10,574 nt of DNA from Bdellovibrionota bacterium (GCA_044345055.1 JBIJBT010000087.1:1-10574), one strand, 5' to 3'; positions 1 through 7,479 are shown, counted from the stretch's first letter. Numbers and translations are program-made. Notes: a model not told the origin generated them from the letters alone.

Positions 1-1161
1 CAGGTGCAGCTTGGGCAACGCCGCGTAGGGATTTCGCTCGCCGGGTCTATTCTTCGACCACTCCTCCTTAGCACGCTGCTCGTCGGTGTAGGTCCAGTTA
101 AAGATCTGTTCCTCAATGAATTCACCTGTGGACAATGCCTTAAACGGCGTGCCAGAGAGATACAAGTAAGCCTTTGTGGCAATCGGGAGGAAATCAGATT
201 CCCTTTCCAGTGGCTCTTGTCTATCAGCGATTTTTGCTCTTATTCGCTCAGAAGCCTTCTTTTTTTGGCTGGCCGCTTCAAGTTCAGCTTCTTCACGGGC
301 AATTCGCTCCTCCTCACCCTCAACTAACTCCTTGGTAGATTCACGCCATGCACCAAAGTGGTATTCATCAAATACGACCAGATCCCACTTTACTTTATGA
401 ATCCATTGGTTTTTTGGCTTAATACTTCCGGTAGCCTTGTCGCGACCAAGTAAATCTTGTAACGAACCAAAATACACCAGTGGTGTTGTCTTAAGCACCT
501 CGGTCGGGTCACTGGCTGACTCACGCGAGAGAAACTGCCAGCCATCAAAGTCTACATGGGATTCGAGATCCGTTTTCCAAGCATCAGCCACAGCGGGTTT
601 GAATGTCATCACCAACACCCGCGTCGTGTTTAGCTTCTTAGCCAGCTGATACGTAGCGAAGGTTTTGCCAAACCGCATCTTGGCATTCCATAAAAAGCGA
701 GGTGTCGCTCTGTTCTTCTTATCTGCCCAGATGGAATTAAAGTAATCGAACGTCTTTTCTACAGCCGCTTTCTGTTCCTGTCGCGGCTCAAACTTTTCGT
801 GGTGGGTGCCGGTAAAAGTCATGCCACTGCGCAACTCGGCGATGACTGTTTTTACATCCTCTACCGAGCAGCGCATCCATTCCAGCTCTGTGTTCTGAAA
901 TTTCTTTCTAATCAGAGCGGCACGCACCTCACGATCGGTGAAGGTTGTTCCATCGTCACGCTCGGCTGGCTCATCCACGACAACAGCGAAATTTTTAATA
1001 TTTGCGGTCCTGAGCTGTTCAGCGACTCGACGCTTAACATCACGGGTGGTCTGCCCGACTTTGAGCATACCGGCATGTGCCTTATCGTCTATCGAATAGG
1101 CGTAGATACGGGGACGAGCCTCTGGCTTTGGAGTGAGTATTTCTTCGATGGTTTTAGTCAT
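1..1161 (-). CDS. Restriction endonuclease-like protein: N-terminal GIY-YIG (T5orf172/MUG113-like) nuclease plus SF2 DExH helicase/ATPase (ResIII-like); 3' end lies outside the window
   Basis: Manual translation from ATG at 1161 gives 387 codons with no stop: MTKTIEEILTPKPEARPRIYAYSIDDKAHAGMLKVGQTTRDVKRRVAEQ...ELEW (GIY-YIG-like IY...KVG.T...R...EW). It also has Walker A variant WNAKMRFGKT (~690-661), motif Ia-like VLVMTFKPAV, motif II VVFDEYH (~369-358) and motif III YLSGTP (~160-145). Its start overlaps the upstream gene's stop by 8 nt (ATGACTAA, 1161-1154). Confidence 0.88.
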   Translation of the reverse strand, partial: MTKTIEEILTPKPEARPRIYAYSIDDKAHAGMLKVGQTTRDVKRRVAEQLRTANIKNFAVVVDEPAERDDGTTFTDREVRAALIRKKFQNTELEWMRCSVEDVKTVIAELRSGMTFTGTHHEKFEPRQEQKAAVEKTFDYFNSIWADKKNRATPRFLWNAKMRFGKTFATYQLAKKLNTTRVLVMTFKPAVADAWKTDLESHVDFDGWQFLSRESASDPTEVLKTTPLVYFGSLQDLLGRDKATGSIKPKNQWIHKVKWDLVVFDEYHFGAWRESTKELVEGEEERIAREEAELEAASQKKKASERIRAKIADRQEPLERESDFLPIATKAYLYLSGTPFKALSTGEFIEEQIFNWTYTDEQRAKEEWSKNRPGERNPYAALPKLHL

Positions 1162-1936
1162 CGGCGTTCTCGGAACTCAGGTCCATTGGGCGAATCATCA
1201 TGTCAACGAAAGCCCACTCTCTGTCGGTGATTCCATATTTCTCACGCAATTTGTCATCTGTCCAAGGCTGCGAAAAATTCTGGGAAGGAACAAACGTGTA
1301 AACAGTCTGTGTTGCATCTTGTGAGGGCTTATGAAGTAGTACTAGAAGCCTAAAAAGCTGGGTAGAAACATAGGAAAGGGCATTTCGCGCCTCTACCTCA
1401 TCCACGAACGGATCAATGAATAGGTATGTTTCCGATGAAGCGGTTCCTGGCCTCCCAATGAACGGCTTGCCAAGAATTGGATGGGGGAATGCATCACTCC
1501 CACTTCCTGCTCTTGGGATAAAGATCTTCCACTTATCCACGACATCTGCATTCTTTTGAATCTCGGAGCGATCAATGTATCCCTTGCCACCATTTCGATA
1601 AACAAGCACCGAGGACTCGCTTGCCGTGGCTTTGCCTTTAAATACAGTGTCAAAACCAAAAGGTTTTCGCGAGCTCACAAGCTTCATGAATTGCTTGTTC
1701 ATTGGGAGCGCAAGGCGATTATCACTCCCTGTCTCTACTTTGATAACTTTCTTCAGAATCGGCAGCGCCTCGTTATACCGGATGAATACATCTGTACCCG
1801 CCTCAAGCAGTAGACGTTCCACGGGAACACCTGCCACTCTCTGATGGTGTGTTGTGACCCGAACTTTCCCTCGATTATTTTTGTCCCAGAGGAAGTAACA
1901 AATCCCCCCTTTTATTTGAGTGCCAACGAACACATC
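1154..1936 (-). pseudogene. 5'-truncated Eco57I-like (gamma-class N6-adenine) restriction-modification methyltransferase; only the C-terminal target-recognition half remains (259-aa ORF from GTG 1933)
   Basis: DVFVGTQIKGGICYFLWD, FIRYNEALPILKKV, VSSRKPFG, DKWKIF, SETYL and YTFVP.Q.F...WTD..L..KYG...E..F...MIRPM match my recollection of the C-terminal half of the MTases that precede this GIY-YIG/helicase family. There is no FxDPxxxSG (motif I) or NPPY (motif IV). The frame hits TAG at 1981-1979, 15 codons upstream of the GTG, and those codons are unrelated. There is no clear RBS before GTG 1933. Confidence 0.75.
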
Positions 1937-1970
1937 CAGAGAAAATCCCCAAAAAACATGGATGATATAC

Positions 1971-2020
1971 CCTAACCTCTATACCTCTGAGGAATAGAGG
2001 TCGGAGAATAGAGGTAGGAG
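1971..2020. repeat. Cluster of four ACCTCT/AGAGGT units: a 14-bp tandem direct repeat plus inverted copies
   Basis: GAATAGAGGT(C/A)GGA occurs at 1992-2005 and 2006-2019. ACCTCTAT (1975-1982) is the reverse complement of ATAGAGGT (1994-2001 and 2008-2015). ACCTCT repeats at 1983-1988. A nested hairpin is possible. Confidence 0.8.
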
Positions 2021-2060
2021 CTAAGCGCAGTGGTTCGCGACAAAACGGAGGCACTCTAAA

Positions 2061-2106
2061 TCAATATTGACAAATAGATCCGAATTGGCAGACAATTCTG
2101 ATCTAT
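2061..2106 (+). promoter_or_regulatory. Putative sigma70 promoter of the AAA ATPase gene overlapped by a palindromic operator
   Basis: Consensus -35 TTGACA (2067-2072), 18-bp spacer, -10-like GACAAT (2091-2096), and ATG at 2105 with no Shine-Dalgarno. Inverted repeat ATAGATCCGAATTG (2074-2087)-GCAGA-CAATTCTGATCTAT (2093-2106) matches at 13/14 positions. A second, perfect palindrome TCAATATTGA lies at 2061-2070. Confidence 0.65.
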
Positions 2107-3274
2107 GATTAAGCGCCTCATTAACATACCGCTACGACAGAGCTTTTTTCTGCTCGGAGCCCGCCAGACCGGGAAGACGACCCTTGTATCGGAGCTGTTT
2201 AGGGGGCGAGAGGGGCGAGTTCGGTTTATCAGTCTCGCCGAGGAGGACAAATACTTCGCCTACCTAAAGGACCCGTCCCGTCTGCGGCGGGAGCTCGAGC
2301 GGGACCTAGAGAGAAACATGCTCGATGAGGTATGTATCGATGAGGTGCAACGGGTCCCCGCGCTGCTCAATGAAGTGCAGAGCTTGATTGATCGTTTCTC
2401 GTGCAGATTTATTTTGACTGGCTCGAGTGCCCGAAAGCTTAAACGAGGAGGTGCAAATCTGCTCGGCGGACGCGCCCTGATTCGGGAGCTCTTTCCTCTG
2501 ACAGCCGTTGAACTCGGCGTCGATTTTGATCTCGAAAAAGCTCTCTCCTTCGGAACGTTGCCCCGAGTGTGGCAGGCGGAATCCAACGAATTGCGACGCG
2601 ATCTTCTTGATGCGTATGTGCGGCTCTATCTGCGAGAGGAGATTCAGGCCGAGGGCCTCGTTCGAAACTTACCCGCTTTTTCCCGATTCCTCGATGTTGC
2701 GGCACAACACTCGGGTGAGCTTCTCAACTATGCCGCGATTGGAAGCGATGTTGGACTTCCCGGTCGTACCATCCAGAGCTACTTTGAGTTGCTGGAAGAG
2801 ACTCTTGTAGCGATTCGCCTTCCCCCCTTCGAGCGGAGTGTTCGTCGTCGGCTCCGAAAGCACGACAAGATCTACTTTTTCGACACGGGCGTTCTCAACG
2901 CGCTGCAGCAAACCATTTCATCAGCATCATCCCCTCTGTTGCGGGGGCGCTTGTTTGAGCATTTTATTATCCTCGAAACAAAGCGACTGTTATCTTACGC
3001 ACGAGCCGAAGTGACAAGCTGTTTTTGGAGGACAAAAGATGATGACGAAGTCGATCTAGTGCTAACCCGCTCAGGCGATCCGGTTCTGGCGTGCGAGATC
3101 AAATCGAGCAAAAATATCACCCCGATAGCCCTGAAGGGATTGCGAAGCTTTGCGAGCGAACATCCTCATGTTGATTGTATCGTCGTAGCCCCAGTCGACC
3201 GTTCTTTTGTTTTGGAGAATGTCGAGGTGCTCTCGGTAGGCGATTATTTTGAGCGCCTGAGGGGGATTGGGTGA
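2105..3274 (+). CDS. AAA_14 + DUF4143 ATP-binding protein (COG1373-type ATPase with wHTH and C-terminal PD-(D/E)xK nuclease-like domain)
   Basis: 389 aa. Walker A GARQTGKT, Walker B VCIDEVQ, FILTGSS, LLGGRA..ELFPLT, HTH-like LNYAAIGSDVGLPGRTIQSYFELLE, KIYFFDTG, GRLFEHF and C-terminal FWRT....EVDLV...ACEIKS. Confidence 0.92.
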   Translation: MIKRLINIPLRQSFFLLGARQTGKTTLVSELFRGREGRVRFISLAEEDKYFAYLKDPSRLRRELERDLERNMLDEVCIDEVQRVPALLNEVQSLIDRFSCRFILTGSSARKLKRGGANLLGGRALIRELFPLTAVELGVDFDLEKALSFGTLPRVWQAESNELRRDLLDAYVRLYLREEIQAEGLVRNLPAFSRFLDVAAQHSGELLNYAAIGSDVGLPGRTIQSYFELLEETLVAIRLPPFERSVRRRLRKHDKIYFFDTGVLNALQQTISSASSPLLRGRLFEHFIILETKRLLSYARAEVTSCFWRTKDDDEVDLVLTRSGDPVLACEIKSSKNITPIALKGLRSFASEHPHVDCIVVAPVDRSFVLENVEVLSVGDYFERLRGIG

Positions 3275-3820
3275 TGTGCTGGGTGGAGGGATTGCTAGTA
3301 TCTTATCTGACTCTCGACCTTACATCTCACCATCCACGCCTCTCGCGACGATGCTTGAGCAGATTTGAAGCCTCGATTTAACCTTTAAACGAAAAGCAGC
3401 CGGGACCATGATTGGGACACGGATTGAGGAATACGTCGGGCGAACTTATCAGCTCAACTAGATATATGTCCAATGCCCGTCCCACCCCGCAGTTTCCAAT
3501 TCAAGAATAGAATACCGATGACCATCCTACTCTCCACCTACGACGGCGAGCCGGACATCTTCAGCTCAGAGGCGTAGAGCTAATTGCATAAGGGTAGCTA
3601 GCGCACGAAACAATCTTCTTATTATCGCCGAGGAGAAAAAACTCTCCCATATCAACCACCGATTGGCTCTAGCCTCTCATCCCTAAGCGAAATAGGCTTT
3701 GCGGGTTGGCGGCCTGTTCTCATTTTCCGACTAAATAGGTTACGATTCCTCACGCGCTCTTCTTCGCTCCGTGTAGCAAGCGGTGGTTTGTCGCAGTTAA
3801 TTTTTTTGTAAGGTAATTTC

Positions 3821-5149
3821 GTGGCACCGAAAAAACGGCAACAGGTTGCTCATCCCCGTCTTCAACGGTATCTCAGCGAATGTGGTGTTGCATCTCGGCG
3901 ATCGGCTGAGGAGCTGATCGCTGCAGGTAAAGTTACGATTAATGGGATAGTTGTCACAGAGCTTGGCACACGGGTCGACCCTGATCATTCTCTTGTTCGA
4001 GTTTCAAACCGCATCGTTACACCGGCTCCCAAGGGGGTTTTGCTCCTTCATAAACCGCCGGGAGTTATCAGTACTCTCTCAGACCCTGAGGGGCGTCGCT
4101 CGATTGCCGATTATATGACCAAGCACTATCGCTCCTATTTTCCAGTTGGTCGACTCGACTGGGACTCTGCGGGGCTTGTTGTTCTCACAAACGATGGTGA
4201 CCTTGCGAATCATCTTCTTCACCCCAAATTCGAGATCGAACGGGTATATCACGCTCGGGTAGAGGGGATTCCGTCACAAAAAACGCTCGAAATTCTCGCC
4301 AAAGGGGTTAAGCTTCCCGATGGTCCAGCCTCGTGTCAGGCTTTTATTCTCGAGGTGAGCGGTGATCATACATGGGTCGAAGTGACGCTATCAGAGGGGC
4401 GAAATCGGATCGTTCGTCGTATTTTTGATCACGTGGGACATCCTGTTGACAAGCTTAAACGAATCTCTCACGGACCGTTTCGGCTTGGTGCATTGCGCCC
4501 GGGGGACGTTCGCCGACTCACGGAGCGGGAATATTTGCGATTGAAGCGAATTGTTGAGACAAAATATCAGCGGGAGAGCGAGCGGAGTAGCGGTGTTCGG
4601 AGTGGTAGCGATGAGCGGTCATTCCGAAAAGATAAAGCTCGACCGTTTCAGAAATCATCAGAGAGGCGAACGCCGAGGAGGTCGGAAGAGGCAGCTTTTT
4701 CTGACGAGAGGAGTGATAGTAGATTTTTCAGAAAAAAACCTCTGGAACGAAAAAGAGAAAGAGCTCCTCGCTTTGACGAGCGTATAACGGGGGAGATGCC
4801 ACAGAAGCGCCGTCCAATGGCGCAAACTCCAAGACGGCGCGAGGTTGGGGAGAGATTTGAAGAGCGTCGGTTCGGTCCGGGAAGAGGGGAGGCGAGAGGA
4901 GAGGCAAGGGGAGAGAGTGTTCAGAGGCGCGAACGTCCGTTCTCTGGAGGGAGAGCTTTTAGCTCAAGCAAAGGGGGCAAGCAGAGTTTTGAGAAAAAGG
5001 GCGCTATTGAGAGACGGTCAAACGACAGAGGTGGACGTTTTATAAAGAAAGACGAAAAAGCGCCGACTTTTAAGGCATCACCTTTTAAGGAGCGGAGCCG
5101 AACTGCTTCCCGCCCAAATTTGAAGAATCGGGGTGCAAAGAGAAGGTAG
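3821..5149 (+). CDS. rluB: RsuA/RluB-family rRNA pseudouridine synthase (RluB-like) with a long basic/acidic low-complexity C-terminal extension
   Basis: S4 domain RLQRYLSECGVASRRSAEELIAAGKVTING, LLHKPPGVIST, catalytic PVGRLDWDSAGL, HPKFEIERVY, EGRNRIVRR and LKRISHGP. GTG start preceded by AAGGT. The exact paralog (RluB versus other RsuA-family members) is less certain than the family. Confidence 0.9.
   Translation: MAPKKRQQVAHPRLQRYLSECGVASRRSAEELIAAGKVTINGIVVTELGTRVDPDHSLVRVSNRIVTPAPKGVLLLHKPPGVISTLSDPEGRRSIADYMTKHYRSYFPVGRLDWDSAGLVVLTNDGDLANHLLHPKFEIERVYHARVEGIPSQKTLEILAKGVKLPDGPASCQAFILEVSGDHTWVEVTLSEGRNRIVRRIFDHVGHPVDKLKRISHGPFRLGALRPGDVRRLTEREYLRLKRIVETKYQRESERSSGVRSGSDERSFRKDKARPFQKSSERRTPRRSEEAAFSDERSDSRFFRKKPLERKRERAPRFDERITGEMPQKRRPMAQTPRRREVGERFEERRFGPGRGEARGEARGESVQRRERPFSGGRAFSSSKGGKQSFEKKGAIERRSNDRGGRFIKKDEKAPTFKASPFKERSRTASRPNLKNRGAKRR
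4883..4915 (+). repeat. Degenerate 12-nt coding tandem repeat (RGEA-RGEA-RGE) in the pseudouridine synthase tail
   Basis: AGAGGGGAGGCG AGAGGAGAGGCA AGGGGAGAG. Confidence 0.7.
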
Positions 5150-5190
5150 CGCCGAGTCTAAGGTTGACCGCTGAGGATGGGCTAAAATGT

Positions 5191-5253
5191 TGCAAGATCC
5201 TACTTAAGAGAGCCGTCATTTTCTCGAGGGGGTAGGATCTTGTGCCGTTTTTT
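5191..5253 (+). terminator. Long hairpin between convergent genes; probable terminator for rluB
   Basis: Perfect 11-bp arms CAAGATCCTAC (5193-5203) / GTAGGATCTTG (5232-5242), extendable by G-U pairs on the + strand, with inner GAGA/TCTC pairing. A T6 run follows at 5248-5253. Confidence 0.55.
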
Positions 5254-5263
5254 GCGGTGACCA

Positions 5264-5734
5264 CTAGCTACGTCGAAATATTGGTCCACTCTTTGTAAAG
5301 CTTACTTTTTGTCCTGCGCTACTCGGTGAGCTTGGAGTTTTCGCGGGTGTTGGTTGAGCCGGGGACGCTGAGGCTGGGGACGATTTTATAGCCGATCCAG
5401 TTGTATGCTCGGCACCACCTTCTACCTTGGATGGGCCAGGAGCCGGAGGTTCCAATCCCTCGCCTGCGGCCTCCAAAATCTTCTCAGCTTGTCGGTATAT
5501 TGCTAGATCTGCTTCAGCTTCGTCTGGGCCGTACTCTTTATTTAGAACGCCAGCGAGGGTCTTACGGCGCCGATTATCGAGCGCAGTTATTAACCAGTTG
5601 AGTAGGACGAGTACCTCTTGCACCGTCGAAACGCTCGCGGTTGGTCGCGGAGGTGTTTTCACTGACGACGCATCTGCGTTCAGATTAGCGCCCCGTAACA
5701 ACCCTCCCCGCGAAGGTCCTTCCAATCCTGCCAT
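5264..5734 (-). CDS. Hypothetical protein (~156 aa; 173 aa if it starts at 5785): helical core with Pro/Ser/Ala-rich disordered C-terminus
   Basis: Open frame filling the gap between rluB and pfk. ATG 5734 has an AGGGGG RBS-like run just upstream. Amphipathic helical segment VQEVLVLLNWLITALDNRRRK...EAEADLAIYRQAEKILE. No family recognised. Confidence 0.6.
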   Translation of the reverse strand: MAGLEGPSRGGLLRGANLNADASSVKTPPRPTASVSTVQEVLVLLNWLITALDNRRRKTLAGVLNKEYGPDEAEADLAIYRQAEKILEAAGEGLEPPAPGPSKVEGGAEHTTGSAIKSSPASASPAQPTPAKTPSSPSSAGQKVSFTKSGPIFRRS

Positions 5735-6156
5735 CAATCCCCCTAAATCCGTGATTAGCAACCGTCGAAAGCCCCTATCCACCATTATGAGCCTTTTAGG
5801 CAGTCACGCCACCTAGTATTAAAGGTAACACACTATGCTCGGGGCATCCACGGTCAAGGAGCATCTCGAGAGCACTTTCCGGCAGCTTTTTCTCCTGTTT
5901 GACCACAGCTTATAGCCTTCAATTAATGACCTTCACGCTGAACTGGGCTATCATCCGCCCGACCTGCACCGAAAATGGAGCGATTTTAATCGGGGTAACC
6001 TCTTTGACCCACTCATGTAGTGGTTGAGGAGAGCTGCTCAGTTCGCCTACTTTCGATGTAAACCTGAAAGGATTCTTAGGATTTTTTTCAGGAAAAAACT
6101 TAGCTTTATCTCTTATTTTCACCGCAAAAGGCTCTTTCAGCCTGCGAGGACGACAC

Positions 6157-7479
6157 GTGGTTGCCCATCCAGACTTCTCAATAGAAACCCTTGGCCGTTG
6201 CCATATCCCTTCCCCTCTCATCGCATTTCGCGATCAGCAGGGCCGCGCAGTTCCCTTTGTGCAGGATAGCGACCGGATTCTCGTCAGTCACCATCTCTCT
6301 GAAGTCCGGAGGACTATCGAGCAACACGGCACTATCCCCTCGATGGAGCTGGCGGGTCCACGCCGTGATATCTTTTTTGAACCCTCAATAACGACGATAG
6401 GGGTCCTTACATGCGGAGGTCTTTGTCCCGGGCTGAATAATGTGATTCGCAGCATCGTAATGGCGGCGACTCATCACTACAAGGTTCATCGCATTTATGG
6501 CTTCCAGTATGGATTCTCGGGGCTTGTCGATGATGATCTACGGGTGCGGCTCGCGCCAGATCTTGTTTCTGAGATACATCTCCGTGGCGGTTCGATCCTT
6601 GCCTCATCGCGGGGCCAGCAGGACCCGGCATTGATGGTTGATCACCTCGAGAATCTTGGCGTTAATATTTTATTTGTTATCGGCGGCGACGGGTCGATGC
6701 GGGGCGCGCTCGCACTCATCGCGGAGATTAAGCGACGCGGTCTAAAAATTGCGGTGATCGGTATTCCCAAAACTATAGACAATGATCTGCGGTATATAGA
6801 TGTGAGCTTTGGGTATACTTCCGCATACAGTGAAGCGGTCAAGGCGATTGAGTGCGCCCACCGTGAAGCGCAGGGAGCTGCAAACGGTATTGGACTTGTT
6901 AAGCTGATGGGTCGTCATTCCGGGTTTATAACCTGCGCTGCCACTCTCGCTGCGGGCTCCGTTAATTACGCACTTATTCCGGAGAACTCTTTTAAGCTTG
7001 AGGGCGAACGGGGATTTCTTGCGACCCTTAAGCGGCGGCTCGCTCACCGAAACCATGCGGTGATTGTCGTAGCAGAGGGAGCAGGTCAGGACCTTTTTGA
7101 AAGCAATCACGGGGAAACGGATGCATCGGGCAATCAACGGCTCCACGATATTGGCACCTTTCTCTCAAAAAAGATAAAGGACTACTTCAAAGCAGAAAAG
7201 ATCGAGATCAACCTAAAATATATCGATCCATCGTACATAATCCGAAGCATTCCCGCCTGTCCAGCGGATGCGGTTTTCTGCGCAAATCTTGGCCTTAACG
7301 CGGTTCACGCCGGAATGAGTGGAAAAACAGGATTGCTCATAGGTCAATGGCACAACCGTCTTGTTCACATTCCGATCTTTCAGGCTATTGCGGAACGCAA
7401 CTGTGTTGATACGACCGGCCCCCTCTGGTTGAGTGTTCTTGAATCGACCGGACAACCGCTCTCTTTTGATTCTGATTAA
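6157..7479 (+). CDS. pfkA: ATP-dependent 6-phosphofructokinase (PfkA superfamily, clade X / plant-like type)
   Basis: 440 aa. TCGGLCPGLNNVIR, GGSILASSRG, IGGDGS (Gly at the ATP/PPi determinant), PKTIDND, VKLMGRHSGFI, VVAEGAG and KYIDPSYIIRS. N-terminal extension ETLG.C.IPSPL...ELAGPR. GAGG RBS before the GTG start. Confidence 0.95.
   Translation: MVAHPDFSIETLGRCHIPSPLIAFRDQQGRAVPFVQDSDRILVSHHLSEVRRTIEQHGTIPSMELAGPRRDIFFEPSITTIGVLTCGGLCPGLNNVIRSIVMAATHHYKVHRIYGFQYGFSGLVDDDLRVRLAPDLVSEIHLRGGSILASSRGQQDPALMVDHLENLGVNILFVIGGDGSMRGALALIAEIKRRGLKIAVIGIPKTIDNDLRYIDVSFGYTSAYSEAVKAIECAHREAQGAANGIGLVKLMGRHSGFITCAATLAAGSVNYALIPENSFKLEGERGFLATLKRRLAHRNHAVIVVAEGAGQDLFESNHGETDASGNQRLHDIGTFLSKKIKDYFKAEKIEINLKYIDPSYIIRSIPACPADAVFCANLGLNAVHAGMSGKTGLLIGQWHNRLVHIPIFQAIAERNCVDTTGPLWLSVLESTGQPLSFDSD

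Noticed and set aside
4..1324. Plus-strand ORFs 4-327, 176-400, 437-649, 799-1230 and 1133-1324
   Set aside because: They are antisense shadows of the minus-strand GIY-YIG/helicase and MTase frames, which carry the recognisable motifs.
1912..1959. Out-of-frame minus-strand ATG (1959) followed by T6-G4 and GGATTTT, which a 1-nt insertion or -1 slip would fuse to the MTase remnant
   Set aside because: The tracts are too short for credible phase variation and there is no evident stimulatory element. The fusion would add only ~9 residues and would not restore the catalytic motifs.
1969..2020. Possible integron attC site (CCCTAAC/GTTAGGG core plus hairpin)
   Set aside because: There is no matching RYYYAAC...GTTRRRY pair with L boxes, and no integrase or cassette array.
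2035..3349. TCGCGAC on both sides of the ATPase gene (2035-2041 and 3343-3349) as a target-site duplication
   Set aside because: A 7-mer match is expected by chance over these flanks. There are no terminal inverted repeats or transposase.
3408..3577. Three successive tiny plus-strand ORFs (17, 14 and 19 aa)
   Set aside because: No convincing RBS or recognisable motifs, so they are consistent with random sequence.
5164..5188. TTGACC...TAAAAT promoter-like pair after rluB
   Set aside because: The spacer is only 13 bp, too short for sigma70.
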